Shown in pieces: positions 14,245 to 28,152 of a stretch of DNA of 64,000 nt (within the stretch, counting starts at the first letter, position 1; each line of letters starts with the position of its first letter). The position numbers and the translations under genes were made by a program. The notes beneath the pieces were generated by a model. The model saw only the letters and a list, made by a program, of their open reading frames with translations. It was not told the origin of the DNA and ran no database searches. Origin of the DNA: Octopus vulgaris (Eukaryota); NCBI GenBank assembly GCA_951406725.2, contig OX597823.1:43586001-43650000 (forward strand), given 5' to 3'.

Positions 14245-16888
14245 TCTGGGAGGGGTGGTTTCCGTTTTTCTTTTTTTCTGGTAATTTTTGCCCACCCCTC
14301 CTCATTTATCTTTTCCTCGCTCTTACTTTACTCCGCCGCTGGTTCTGCTGTCACCGTCACCTCCACACCTTCAGTCTTCCGTTCTGGGCCGTCCGGCGCT
14401 GCTTCTGGTGACACATTATCTTCTTTTCTCTTGGCTTAGGTGCTTCCTGCGGTTGGGGTTGGCATTCCGCCCTTACATGACCCTTCTTGCCGCAGCCGAA
14501 GCACCTCGGCTTCCTGCCCTCCACGAAAACTGTTATTTTCTCGTCTTCACTAATTTTTAACGTTTCTGGAATTTCTTCCAGTATTAAGTTTCCAGTAACC
14601 GGATCCTCTATTTTTAACCTTATCTATGTCAAGCTTACAAGTGACCATTTTATGATCACTGTAGCTGATCGGGTAAAACTGTGGACACTTAGCTATTTTA
14701 CTGTCTACTTTTCTAATTAGAATTCTATCTAAATATGACCTGGAAGATCCGTCGCTGTTTGACCATGTCCACAATGGAGCGTTCGGAAATTCCAGCCTAT
14801 AAGGATCTGCTAGCTCAAAGCGGCTTAGCAGTTCCATGAAGCCACTGTTACCTTTTCTATCTGAACGCGAGCCAATACAATCTACATCCGCTTTGCAAAT
14901 TGTGTTAGTCTCCTAGCACCACTAATGAATGCGAAGTACCAAGAAAGTTTTCTAGTTCACGAAAATAATCACTTTGCCCTGTACTGTTGGGTGCGTAAAT
15001 TGCAACCAGTCTGATAACTTTACCGTTACTGAACGTCAAATCCATGACGACCAGCCTACCTTCTGGATCTGCAAAAATTAACTTTTTCTCAGAAACCCGG
15101 TTTCTTTTTAATAGGACCAACACCCCACTCCCGCCCGTAGGACTGCCAGGAGAGAAACTCTCGTAGCCGTCAAACAGCGGGAGTAGACCTCTTGGCCCCT
15201 CTAACCGGGTTTCTGTAGCAACAATAACATCTAAATTACGCGACCTGATATCATGCAGGAAGCGACCTTGCTTCCAGCCTGCTCCCAGGCCGCGCACATT
15301 CAAACAACCAACATAAATGCAATCCATTACTTACCTTTATATCAGTGGTTCGGTTTTCTCTTGTTCTTCTAACTCTTTTTCTGTGCCTCGTGGGGGAGTC
15401 TGACGTAGGCCCTCGAATATATGTGGAGATGTCACCTCCAATCTAAGTGGGCCTACGTCGTGGAAGAATTCGGATTTTATCCGCCCGTAATCCTTCCGGC
15501 CTATTCTGTAGATTACAAAGTCATTTTTCTTTTCCACTTTCTCCATTTTGGCCATAGCAGCCAACACGTTTCCTAGTCTGCTATTTGCTGCCTTTACGGC
15601 CATATATGAGTCCATTGTCTCCCTTTTCTTTTTTAAAATTATTCTGGGAGGGGTGGTTTCCGTTTTTTCTTTTTTTCTGGTAATTTTTGCCCACCCCTCC
15701 TCATTTATCTTTTCCTCGCTCTTACTTTACTCCGCCGCTGGTTCTGCTGTCACCGTCACCTCCACACCTTCAGTCTTCCGTTCTGGGCCGTCCGGCGCTG
15801 CTTCTGGTGACACATTATCTTCTTTTTCTCTTGGCTTAGGTGCTTCCTGCGGTTGGGGTTGGCATTCCGCCCTTACATGACCCTTCTTGCCGCAGCCGAA
15901 GCACCTCGGCTTCCTGCCCTCCACGAAAACTGTTATTTTCTCGTCTTCACTAATTTTTAACGTTTCTGGAATTTCTTCCAGTGTTTGCACCTCCGCCTGA
16001 ATGGGTATCACTATTTTCTGCCCTTTCCAAAACTCCTCTTCCTCCACTGTGGCCTGGAGGATGTTTATTTTTTTCCTCCAGGCCTACCATCACTGCTGCC
16101 ACCAGACATTCTGCATCTGCCTCTGGCGGTATGTTGTTCATTGAAATTTTCGACGTCCTTTTCCCTCTATACAATGGTAGTAAAACAATGTTTTCTGCTT
16201 TGATCGGCTCCATCGATAGTTTTTTCGCTATCTCCTCAGTAGTAAAACGCACCTCCACTGTGCCGTATCTTTTTCCTCTGCTTATATAGGTTATTTTATC
16301 CATTAAAGGTTTTAGAGAAAACTCTATTTTTTTTTTCTTCGATTTTTTTAAATCATTTTTGTCGTTGTGTTGTAAGTTTTATATATTATTTTTTTTTTCT
16401 ATATCGTCATGTTTTTGTATGTTTGTGACCACAGTCACTTCTGTGCCCTCTTTTTTTACACAGTCTGCAAATTTTTCTAAATTTTCTACATTTATTTTTT
16501 TAATCTTTTTCCCAGCTACTTCAGCGAATTTTTTCGCTGGAGTTGATGCTGGTGCTGGTTTTTCCATTTTCTTGGGCGACGCCGCCTCTTTTTTCTTCGG
16601 CGACAACGCCTCTTTTTTCTTGGCGACAACGCCGGGTATTCATCCTCGCTCGTCACGGGCGAATAAGAGATGGGGGACTCCATCTTGAACAAATGGCTTT
16701 AACAAGCCTTTGGTAAATCCAAATTAATTGTAGTTTTCCCCCACGGTGGGGGGAACACCAACGCGAAGTCCTCGCGCGAAGGCTGACTTCGTCAGTTACA
16801 CAACAATGAACAAAACAGGTAGACAGACAGTATAGAATAACAGAGATAACAATACGAGAGCAAAAATATATCAACTTTCCGCCATGTT
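14245..16888 (-). mobile_element. Rearranged Tx1 element (type E2): 5'UTR, ORF1 (16683-15337), EN domain only (15327-14583), then a re-copied ORF1 segment (14582-14245); unit 8
   Basis: 14245-14582 duplicates ~15643-15982; ORF2 stops at GYWKLNT. Confidence 0.87.
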
Positions 16889-17869
16889 GTTTTAATATTA
16901 CCCACAAGGGGCGAACATAGATGGGACAATACAATCTGATGATGGGGTCAGACACACGAATGGGTTTTTACAATAAAACGAATTTAAAAATTTTCATGAA
17001 ATTACAATAAATGGACAGAAATCGAATGATGTAACAGACCGGAAGACATTACGGGTGGAGTGGGTGCGGGTTTAGCTCGGACCCCACGAGCCCCGCCTCC
17101 CCACTGATACTTTTGGTTACGCTTGGTCTTACATTTATGTTTTCTGCTTTGAAAGTCTCCATCGATAGTTTTTTCGCTATCTCTTCAGTGGTAAAACGCA
17201 CCTCCACTGTGCCGTGTCTTTTACCTCTGTTTATATATGTTATTTTGTCCATTATCGGTTTCAGACAAAATTCTATTTTATTTTCCTCGATTTTCTGTAT
17301 CATTTTTGTTGCTGTGTTGTAAGTTTTATATATAATTCTTTTCTTCTCTATATCGTCTTGTTTCTGTATGTTTGTGACCACAGTCACCTCTGTGCCCTCT
17401 TTCTTTACACTGTCTGTGCAAATTTTTCCAGATTTTCAACATTTATTGTTTTAATCTTTTTCCCAGCTACTTCAGCGAATTTTTTCGCTGGAGTTGATGC
17501 TGGTATTGATTTTTCTATTTTTTTGGGCGACGCCGCCTCCTTTTTCTTCGGCGATAACGCCTCTTTTTTTCTTGGCGACAACGCCTCTTTTTTTCCTGAT
17601 GTCAACGCTGGGTATTCGTCCTCGCTCGTCACGGGCGAATAAGAGATGGGGGACTCCATCTTAAACAAATGGCTTTAACAAGCCTTTGGAGATTCCAAAA
17701 TAATTGTAGTTTTCCCCCACGGAGGGGGGACACCAAGCGCGAAGGCTGACTTCTTCAGTTAAACAACAATAAACAAACAGGTATACAGACAATATAGAAA
17801 AACAGATAACACTATGAGAGCAAAATATATAAACTTACTAACAGACGCAAAAATAGCTTTCCACCATGT
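16889..17869 (-). mobile_element. ~1 kb internally deleted E-type element (5'UTR and ORF1 N-terminus fused to the E 3'UTR); unit 7
   Basis: ORF1 runs to KAENI, then continues directly into taaatgta and the 3'UTR seen at 21286-21530. Confidence 0.88.
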
Positions 17870-19632
17870 GATTTTATTACTACCCACAAGGGGCGAACAT
17901 AGATGGGACAATACAATCGGGGAACTTAAAATAAGAAAGCGAATGACAAGAAAAGGAAAAAATAAAAGTAAAAAATGACATATGAAAGAATATTTACAAT
18001 GAGATGTAAATGCCCACTCGATCCCCGGAATCGAGAGGTTACATTTTCGTCACATATATTTCAACAAAATTTTCTTTTTTCTCTTTTTTTTTTCTTCTCA
18101 CAATTCTATACATATTCTATCATAGTTTCCACTTCTCTGAAGTCCATCACTGAGCCCTCAAGCAGCCGCTCTCTCACTCGAACCTTCGTGTAAAATATTA
18201 CACTCTCTCCGGCAGCTCTGAGGAACTCAGCGACTCTTTCTTCGGGGATTAGAGCAGTCTCCTGCCACTGATCGGTCATCCTGTTGATCCATATATGTCC
18301 CTCCGTATTACATGTCAAGTCTTTCATTTCAGGGCAGAAATGGAAGGTTACTAACTTGTAGTAGTAGTAATCTTGTTTCCGTCCTACGTTTTCCTTCATT
18401 TTCCTTTTCGGGCTTATTTCTTCCTTGTTCTCCTCTCTTTGTTTCTCTCTTTCTTTCTTTTTGCCTTTTCTTTCTCCTTCCTTCTCTTGTCTTTTTGGTT
18501 CTTTGTCTGTTCTCTCTTTCTCTCGTGTTTTATGTTCCTTTTCTTTTTCCTTTTGTGTGCTGTCTTTTCTTTTCGTTTGATTCTGATCTCTCTTGTTTTT
18601 TTCCTATTGTTTCTTTTTCCTTTTTTTTTTCCTGACTCTGTTTTGGTTCTATTTCTTTTTCTTTTATTTCTTTTTCCTTCATTGACTTATTATTTCCTTT
18701 CTCTTGTTGTTTTGTTTCCTTTTCTGTTTTCTTTCTCATTTACAGTATTCTTCTTTTCTTCAAGTTCCTGCTCGCACTCCGCTACGAATTCGTATAACGG
18801 GCACTCTTTTTTAATGTGCCCCCTTGTCCCACACAAGTAACAGTTTGGTTTTCTCCCCTCTACAATTACGCTGAGGGTTTTTTCCTCTTCAATTTCAATT
18901 CTGTATGGGAACCTTTCAATATCCTCTTTTGTGGCCATCAACCACAATTCTACCCCATATCCTCTCCAGTTTACCGCGTTGGACTCCTTAATTGATTCCA
19001 CCTCCACTTCCTCTTCTGCTGCTCCTAGAATAGCTGTTCCCAGCCATTCTGTTTTCACTTCTGGGGGTATATTCGGGATTTTAACCCGGACCCCTCTTCT
19101 TCCCTTGTATGAGGGCCACATTGTGAATTTTTCGGCTCTTAGTACGGTGGTAGCCAGTGAGGCCGCAATTTCTTCCGTTGCACATCTCACCTCCACCGTA
19201 CCAAATTTCTTGCCTCTACTCACGTAGGTTATTTTCCCCATTATGTCTCCCAGACATTTTTCAATTTCGACTCTCCACTCTTGCCAGTTTCTTCGTATTT
19301 TTGTCTTTGGTTCTGTATGTCACTGTCTTGCTTTCTTTATCCTCTTTTGCTTTCGCGGGGGGGATTAGCTTCACGCTATCACCCTCCCTTTTGAAGAGCT
19401 TTTCATATTCTTTGAGTTTATCCTTCTCAAAGAAAACCTCCTTTATGATTATCGACGAATCGTTATTTTTCCCGGTGACCCCCGCGTAAGTCGCCATGAC
19501 TAGAGGGTCAATTCACCTTCTTCGAAAGGTTTCCACACGTGGAGGCAAACGCCTCGCGCGATATCAAATCAATTTACACAGAAAAAATTTCACCGTCTAG
19601 TCACAGATAACACACATAGCTTTCCTCCATGT
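17870..19632 (-). mobile_element. ORF1-only element, family A; unit 6
   Basis: ORF1 19497-18106 (MATYAGV...CYLCGTRGHIKKEC...MIEYV, frameshifted); no ORF2; flanked by a 16-bp near-direct repeat. Confidence 0.9.
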
Positions 19633-21285
19633 AATTTCTTTATTACCCACCAGGGGCTACGAAGAATGGCGGACATAACAAAACATGGGGGACATAGAAC
19701 AATATGATTAAATTTATGAGCAAATGAATATTAAAATGAAAGCGATGCTAACGGCCCCCTCCGCTAGCATCACTTACCTGTCCTTTTGTTTTCACTGTCT
19801 CCTGAATGTTCATTCCCAATACGAAGACCATCCATATCCATTCTTACTCCGAAACTGTCCTCCATATATTCCACGAATTCATCGCTCATTCTTGTATCTT
19901 TCACCTCCCAATTCTCCCTTTCACACCTCAACACAAACTCATCTATATTCTTCTTTTCCAGCACTGTATATCTGGTCCCATCCATTTCATACCATTCATA
20001 CTCCTCCATTATCCTTTTAACTTCTTTCTGTTCAGTCACAATATAAATGTTCGGCCTGGGTTCGTTTTCAAACTCTTGTCTGTGTGTATTTTTCTTTTCT
20101 TTTCTTGTTGGAGGGGAGCGGGTGGGTTCACTGTCTGCAGCGGAAGGGTGGGATTCAGAGGGTGCGGGTGGGTTGGGGCTTCGCACAGTTTTTCTTTTTC
20201 TTTCTTTTTCTCTTTTCTTCCTTCTTCCCACTCTTGTTGCATCTCCTCTTCTATCGTTTCTTTTTCCCTTTGGTTCTCTTTGGTTTCTTCCTCTTTTGGA
20301 GCTTCCGCGACGATTTCCTTTTCTTTTTCCTTTGGTGGGGGAGGGCAGTAGGCTCTTATGTGACCCCTTTGGCCACACTTGTAGCACCTGGGCGCCCTAC
20401 CCTCCACCCACACTCTCATAATAATATTTCCAGTTTTTATACTGTCCGTAAGCTTTTCTATAACTTCCGCCTCCGTCTGTATGTTCATTACTAGTGTGGC
20501 ACCTCTCACGCCTTCATATTTCATAATGGCGTGGAGGATGTCCACTTTATCTTCATTTCCTTTGATAACCGCAGCCGTTATTAATTCGCCCTCTAGGTGT
20601 GGAGGTATTCCTTCCACCCTAATTCTGGTGGTCCTTCTATTCAAATACGAGGGGAACAAGTAAAACTTTTCTGTACTCACCACCTTGGCTGCTATATTCC
20701 TGGCTGCTTTCTCACTTTTAAATTGTACCGTTATGGTTCCATATTGTAATCCTTTTGTCATGTACACAATTTCTTCTGTCTGTTTGAAAGCCTCTTCAAT
20801 TGCTTCCATGTTAATCACTTCCATTTTTCTACCTCCATTCAGAAATACTTTATATTTAATGGTTCTACGATGGAACCAGTCTCCGCGCCCTGCTAGAGGC
20901 AACAGCTCAACCTCACCGTTCTCCTCCTCCTTCATGAACTCCTGGAAGTCCGTCAACTTAGCCAGGTCTATCTCTTTTTCTGTTGACTTCTTCGTTATAC
21001 CTGCATAGGTGCTTTCCATTTTTTTCACCGCCAACTCCTCCTCAGATGTCGACGAAATTTCAGAGAAATTTCTCCCTTGCATCTCATCCGTTTGGTAGAG
21101 GCGGCTCATAGTCGCCTCAGACCGAAAAACGGCCTCCCGAACCGAATAAGTGCAACGCGCAGAACCAGTGAAACGCGAAACCGCATCAACGACGCTCAAA
21201 ATTTCACCACAACAACCACAATACTTTTTGTTCTTATTTCTTTTTTAACCGAATTTTACAGAGCGCAAAAAAACACGACCGCCGA
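19633..21285 (-). mobile_element. ORF1-only element with B-type N-terminus and C-type C-terminus; unit 5
   Basis: ORF1 21109-19770 (CYKCGQRGHIRAYC...RTGK), apparently one frameshift; short 3'UTR with the shared terminus. Confidence 0.88.
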
Positions 21286-24200
21286 TATTTCTTTATTACC
21301 CACTAGGGGCCACATAGAGGGGACAATACAATCTGATGATGGGGTCACACACAAATGGGTTTTACAAAAAAAGCGAATTTTAAAAATTTACAGAAATTTA
21401 CAAAAATAGCAAGAAATCGAATGTTGGAACAGACCGGAAGACATTACGGGTGGAGTGGGTGCGGGTTTAGCTCAGACCCCACGAGCCCCGCCTCCCCACT
21501 GATACTTTTGGTTTCGTTTGGTGTTACATTTATGTTGTATCATTCACTCGCAACTTTCGTGCTACATCTTTCCATCGTTCTTCATACACTCTCTTAGTCA
21601 GGCATATTCTCTCCAGCCCTATCTTCCTTTTCAGGTGAAAGATGAAATAATTCATCAAACCAGGGCCGGAGATGAACTTGCCTGACTGTAGACCTTTCAT
21701 TCTCGTCTTCCATATCACCTCTTTCGCAATTGCTACTACAACGAGAAAACGAAACTTACCTTCATTCGCGAGGAAATCCGGTGGGTCAATTTTTGTAATC
21801 GACTCAGTCGACAGCTGTACTCTTCGTGTACTTGACAACAGCTGTTCGGCATAAACCCATGCCTCAGACACGTCCGGACAATGAACAATAGCCTGCGGGA
21901 CGGTTTCCCTATGCCGCTCGCATCTTGGACATATCGGACTGTCTTGGCCACCGTGCCTTGCGAGTTTATCCCGAACAGGTAGAGCTCCTCTGTAGCATTG
22001 CCATGCCAGAGACTTCTGTTAATTGTCCAGTGTCATCGGCTTGAACGTACGTCGGAACAGACTGGCCAGCTGATTATCGTCGAGACCTAGGGTTTCCCCC
22101 CAAGGTATCTTCACATCCCGCCTCTACCAACCCTCTATAGAAGAATGTGGTGGAACCCCCCACCGCAGCCGTTGCCCGAGCGACGGAATAGCAGGAGAGC
22201 CTTGCGACACTCCGTGTACCAAGTACCAAGTTTCGATCTACGATTCAGCCAGGTTTTCCATCCACCGAAACTAGTGAACTTGGGAAACATCAGTTTTGCT
22301 AGCGGAGGCCACACCCGTTCACCATCCAGGTAGAGCCACAGATGTCTTAACCTCAGCGCATGTCTGCGCATCATCAGCCAAGGCATCCCTAGCCCACCCT
22401 TTAACGGTTGTTGACAGCAAGTAGAGCGTTTCACAAGTGGTTTCCTGCCCTTCCACAAGAAGTAGAAGAGCTGTCTTTCAAACTTGATCAACCACTAATC
22501 AGGGCGAGGAACGACGGAAAGGCGGTAGGTGATAACCGATGCGATAAACGCATTGGCTACCTCCGCCCTCCCTTTCAGGGATAGCCACCGCCAAGACCAG
22601 GTCTTGGTTTCTGCAGCCACCCTGCTCGATACCTCGCCCCAATTCTTCTCTATTTGGAGGTCTGGACCGAACCAGACCCCTAGCAATTTAATCGGACCCA
22701 ACGTCCCACGACGCTGTCAGGAGGCATCGACTTGCCTCTCCAGGTGCCGAGTTGCAAGCCGACTGACTTTTCGCGATTAACTTTTGCTCCTGTCACCGTC
22801 TCGTAAAACTCTATGGCCTTGCCTACTTTACGTAGGTGGTCCATTTCGGTTACGATGATGATGTCATCCGCGTACGCTGACACCGATTTTCCACTACCTG
22901 GCTGTCTCGGGATGCCGCTCAGTTTTCGCAGTAATGGCTCAAGAGCCATCACATACAAAAGCGGGGAGAGCGGACACCCTTGACGAACCGAGCGCTTGAT
23001 TTTGAACGGCTTCGACAAGAAGCCGTTCACCCGAACTACCGAGTCGATGTTATCGTAAATTTGGATAATCCACCCGAGGAAGCCAAGGCTCAGCCCGAAC
23101 TGTGCCAGGGCAGGTACCAGGTAACGATGGTCGACCCTATCAAATGCTTTAGATTGGTCTAAATGGACCAGTGCCCCACCCTTGCCAGAATCGCTATTAA
23201 ACCCCTCTATAGTGTACCGCATTAGATGGAGATTATCCTGAATGGTTCTGCCAGGAACGGCACATGTCTGTGCCTCCCCGATCAGACCATCCGCGACACG
23301 CGCCAATCTTTTCGATAACACTTTGGCCAAAATCTTCAACTCTGTGTTTGGCAGAGATAGGCCTGAAATTATCAATGCACTCCCCCTTGCTCGGGTCCTT
23401 TCTGACGAGTGTCACTACTCCCCGGCGCACAGATCTGGGTATAAGCCCGTTCTGCTGCCAGTTCGCATAGACCTCCGCCAGTAGGTGCCCGAACAAGTCT
23501 GGCATACTCTTATATAACTCATAGGGTAGACCATCCAAACCCGGCGCCTTGCCCGCACCGCAGTCCGCCATTGCCTCAACCACTTCCTCAGGCGTGATTG
23601 GCCCTTCACAGCCCTCCGCATCTCGCCCCGATAAGCGCGGCAGCCCGTCGAGTAGGTCCGTAAAGGCCCTCCTCCTATCCAGTCCGCCGCACTCACCGAA
23701 AAGCTGAGCGAAGTGCTCCTGAAAGGCCTCACACATCTCCTCGGGCTCGTTTATCAACTCACCTTGTTGGTTCGTCAAAGATCGAATCGTGACATCGTTA
23801 CCATGCTGAGCTTCCACCACTCGGGCCCATCTCACGGCGTTGATTCCTTCACAACCCATATGGCGGATCCTAGCCCTGACAATGCAGCCCATGTGTTTGG
23901 CCTCGAGGTGCTGGTTTAAAACCAGTCTCTTGGACTCCACCTGAGCCGCAGAGCCAGTTTTCAAGGCTTCCTCTAATTCCTTAACTAGAGTAGTTTCCCT
24001 TCTAGCCTCTCTAGCCACAACTCCTATGCTATATCTAATTGACTCGAACTTGATGGCTCGTTTGAGGGCGTACCACCATTTGTTATTAATGATGGTACCA
24101 GATAGTGCCCTCTGAATTATATTCCTAATCCGGTCTTTGTACTCCTTAATCGCCAAAAGGGACGTATTAAGTTTCCAGTAACCGGATCCTCTATTTTTAA

Positions 24201-26467
24201 CCTTATCTATGTCAAGCTTACAGGTGACCATTTTATGATCACTGTAGCTGATCGGGTAAAACTGTGGACACTTAGCTATTTTTCTGTCTACTTTTCTAAT
24301 TAGTATTCTATCTAAATATGACCTGGAAGATCCGTCGCTGTTTGACCATGTCCACAATGGAACGTTCGGAAATTCCAGCCTATAAGGATCTGCTAGCTCA
24401 AAGCGGCTTAGCAGTTCCATGAAGCCACTGTTACCTTTTCTATCTGAACGCGAGCCAACACAATCTACATCCGCTTTGCAAATTGTGTTAAAGTCTCCTA
24501 GCACAACTAATGAATGCGAAGTACCAAGAAAGTTTTCTAGTTCACGAAAATAATCACTTTGCCCTGTACTGTTGGGTGCGTAAATTGCAACCAGTCTGAT
24601 AACTTTACCGTTACTGAACGTCAAATCCATGACGACCAGCCTACCTTCTGGATCTGCAAAAATTAACTTTTTCTCAGAAACCCGGTTTCTTTTTATTAGG
24701 ACCAACACCCCACTTCCGCCTGTAGGACTGCCAGGAGAGAAAAGACTCTCGTAGCCGTCAAACAGCGGGAGTAGACCTCTTGGCCCCTCTAACCGGTTTT
24801 CTGTAGCAACAATAACATCTAAATTACGCGACCTGATATCATGCAGGAAGCGACCTTGCTTCCAGCCTGCTCCCAGACCGCGCGCATTCAAACAACCAAC
24901 ATAAATGTAATCCATTACTTACCTTTATATCAGTGGTTCGGTTTTTCTTTTTCTTCTTTCTTTATCTCTTTTTCTGGGCCTCGTGGGGGAGTCTGACGTA
25001 GGCCCTCGAATATATATGGAGATGTTAGATCCATTCTGAGCGGGCCTACGTCATGAAAGAATTCGGATTTTATCCGCCCGTAATCCTTCCGGCCTATTCT
25101 GTAAACTATATAGTCATTCTTTTTTCCTATTTTTTCCACTTTGGCCATAGCTGCCAACACGTTCCCGAGTCTGTTGTTTGATGCCTTAACGGCCATATAT
25201 GAGTTCATCGACTCTCTTTTCTTCTTTTGGATCACTCTGGGAGGGGTGGTTTCCGTTTTTCTTTTTTTCTGGTGATTTTTGACCACCCCTCCTCATTGCT
25301 CTTTTTTTCCTCTGCCGCTGGTTCTGCTGCCTCTGTCACCTGCACACCTTCAGTCGTCCCTTCTGGGCCGCCCGGCGCTGCTTCTGGTGACACTTCATCT
25401 TCTTTTTCACCTGGCTGAGGTGCTTCCTGCGCTTTGGGTTGGGGTTGGCATTCCGCCCTTACATGACCCTTCTTGCCGCAGCCGAAGCACCTCGGCTTTC
25501 TGCCCTCTACGAAAACTGTTATTCTCTCTTCTTCACTTATTTTAAGGGATTCTGGAATCTCCTCCAGTGTTTGGATTTCTGCCTGAATGGCTATTACTAT
25601 CCGCTGCCCTTTCCAGAATTCCTCCTCCTCTACTGTGGCCTGGAGGATGTTTATTTTTTCCTCCAGACCTACCATGACTGCTGCCACCAGACATTCGGCA
25701 TCTGCCTCTGGCGGAATGTTATTAATCGTGATTTTCGATGTTCTTTTTCCTCTATACAAGGGGAGGAGAACAATGTTCTCCGCTTTTATTGGCTCCATCG
25801 ACAGTTTTTTTTTGCTATCTCCTCTGTTGTGAAACGCACCTCTACTGTGCCGTATCTCTTTCCTCTGTTGATGTATGTAATCTTGTCCATTAATGGTTTT
25901 AAACAATTCTCGATTTTTTTTCCTCAATTTTTTGTATCATTTTGGTTGTCGTATTAAAGGTCTTATAGATTATTCTTCTTTTTTCGATTTCTTCATGTTT
26001 TTGGGCGTTTGAGACCACTGTCACTTCCGTGCCCTCTTTTGTAACACAGTCCGCATATTTCTTTAAGTCATCTACGTTTATTTTTTTGATTTTCTTACCA
26101 GCTACTTCTGAGAATTTTTTTCGCTGGTGCTGGTGCAGGGGTTTCCTTTTTCTTTGGCGCCACCGCCTCTTTTTTCTTTGGCGACACCGCCGGAGATTCT
26201 TCTTCACTAGTCACGGGAGAATATGAGATGGGGGATTCCATCTCGAACAACTGGCTTAATAAGCCCTTGGTAAATCCAAGATAAATGGTATTTTTCCCCC
26301 ACGGAGGGGGGAACACCACCACGAAGTCCTCGCACGAAGGCTGACTTCAACAGTTGTACAGCAATGAACAAAGACAAATAGACACACAGTAGAAATTAAC
26401 GTAGAAAATATACACTAAGGAAAATTGTAATAAATCACTACACATGTAGATTGCGTTCCGCCATGTT
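21286..26467 (-). mobile_element. Full-length Tx1-clade element (type E1), ~5.2 kb; unit 4
   Basis: 5'UTR, ORF1 ~26241-24926, ORF2 24915-21530 and 3'UTR; several small indels. Confidence 0.95.
21530..24915 (-). pseudogene. ORF2 APE-RT-Zn finger, frameshifted
   Basis: ORFs 23233-24915, 22680-23375, 22495-22701, 22135-22491 and 21530-21871 are collinear with the intact ORF2. Confidence 0.92.
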
Positions 26468-28152
26468 GATTCTTTATTACCCACTAGGGGCTACATAGAG
26501 GGGGCGTTACAAACATTGGGGACATAGAACATCACAATTACATAGATATGAGTAAAATGAATTATGAAAATGATATGAAAGCGGTGCCAACGGCCCCATC
26601 CGCTAGCACCACTTACCTGTCCTTTTGTTTTCACTGTCACCTGAATGTTCATTCCCAATACGAAGACCATCCATATCCATTCTTACTCCGAAATACTCCT
26701 CCATATTTTCCACGAATTCATCGCTCATTCTTGTATCTTTCACCTCCCAATTCTCCCTTTCACACCTCAACACAAACTCTCCCTTTCACACCTCAACACA
26801 AACTCATCTATATTCTTCTTTTCCAGCACTGCATATCTGGTCTCACCTATTTCATACCATTTATACTCTTCCATTACCCTTTTAACTTCTTTCTGTTCAG
26901 TCATAATATAAATGTTCGGCCTGGGTTCGTTTTCAAACTCTTGTCTGTCTGTATTATTTTTTTTCTTTTGTTTTCTTGTTGGAGGGGAGCGGGTGGGTTC
27001 ACTGTCTGTAGGGATAGGGTGGGTCTCAGAGGGTGTGGGTGGTGTTGGGGTGGATTGGTGTTCTGTTATTTTCTTTTCCTCGTATTCTCCTCTTCCTCTT
27101 ATTCCCAGCTTCTTTCCATTTCTGTGAATTCTTCTTCTACCGTCTCCTTCTCCTCTGGTTTCTGCTTCTCTCTCTCTGGTTCGGAATCCATTTCTTTCAC
27201 TGGGGGAGGGCAGAAGGCTCTTATGTGACCCCTCAGGCCACACTTGTAACAACGTGGAGCTCTGCCCTCCACACACACTCTCATGATCACGTCTCCCAAT
27301 CTGATGCTTTCCGCCAGGTCCACCAGTACATCGTTCTCTGCCTGCACGTTCAGATCCACTGTTACGCCTCTCCAGCCCTCGGTCTTAACCGAGGCATGGA
27401 GAATATCCACTTCCTCCTCGTGGCCGCTAATCACAGCCGCCACTATCCACTCAGCCTCAACGTTTGGTGGCACTCCCTCGACCCTTACTCGTGTAATTTT
27501 TCTGTTTAAATACGTAGGCAAAAGTGTTACCTTTTCGGATTTCACCGCCTTCGCCGCCATCTTCCTTGCTGCATTCTCACTTTTAAAATGTACCACTACA
27601 GTACCATACTTTGATCCTCGAGTCAGAAAATTAAATTCCTCCTCCGTTCTTCTCAGCGCCTCCTCTATCCACTCCATGTTTACAACTTCTATCTTCTTCC
27701 TTTCGTTTGCGAACACCCTGTATATAATGGTCCTTTTATCATACCATTCCTTTCTCTTGGGTGTCGGTGCTAGTTCCACCTCACCGCTATCCTTTTTCAT
27801 ATATTTCTGGTAACTTGGCAGCTTGGCCAAGTCGACCCCTTTCTCTTCCGCCTTCTTGGTTACACCGGCATAGGTATAACCCAGCTTTCGATCCATCATT
27901 CTCACTGCCTGTTCCAGTTCCTCCTCAGACGTAGACAAGTCTGATAGGGAATCAAAGTCCATTTCCTTCTGTCTGACAGACCGCAAACGGCCGCCCGAAC
28001 AGAAAGTGTAACTCGCAGAACCAGTGCAACGCGAAACCGCATCAACGACGTTCAAAATTTCTACAACAACCACAATACTTTTTGTTCTTTTTTCTTTTTT
28101 AACCGAATTTTACAGAGTGCAAAAAAACACGACCGCCTGTGTGAAAATCTGA
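26468..28152 (-). mobile_element. ORF1-only element, family C; unit 3
   Basis: ORF1 from 27962 (MDFDSL...CYKCGLRGHIRAFC); frameshift and a 26-bp tandem duplication at 26753-26804; shared terminus. Confidence 0.9.
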
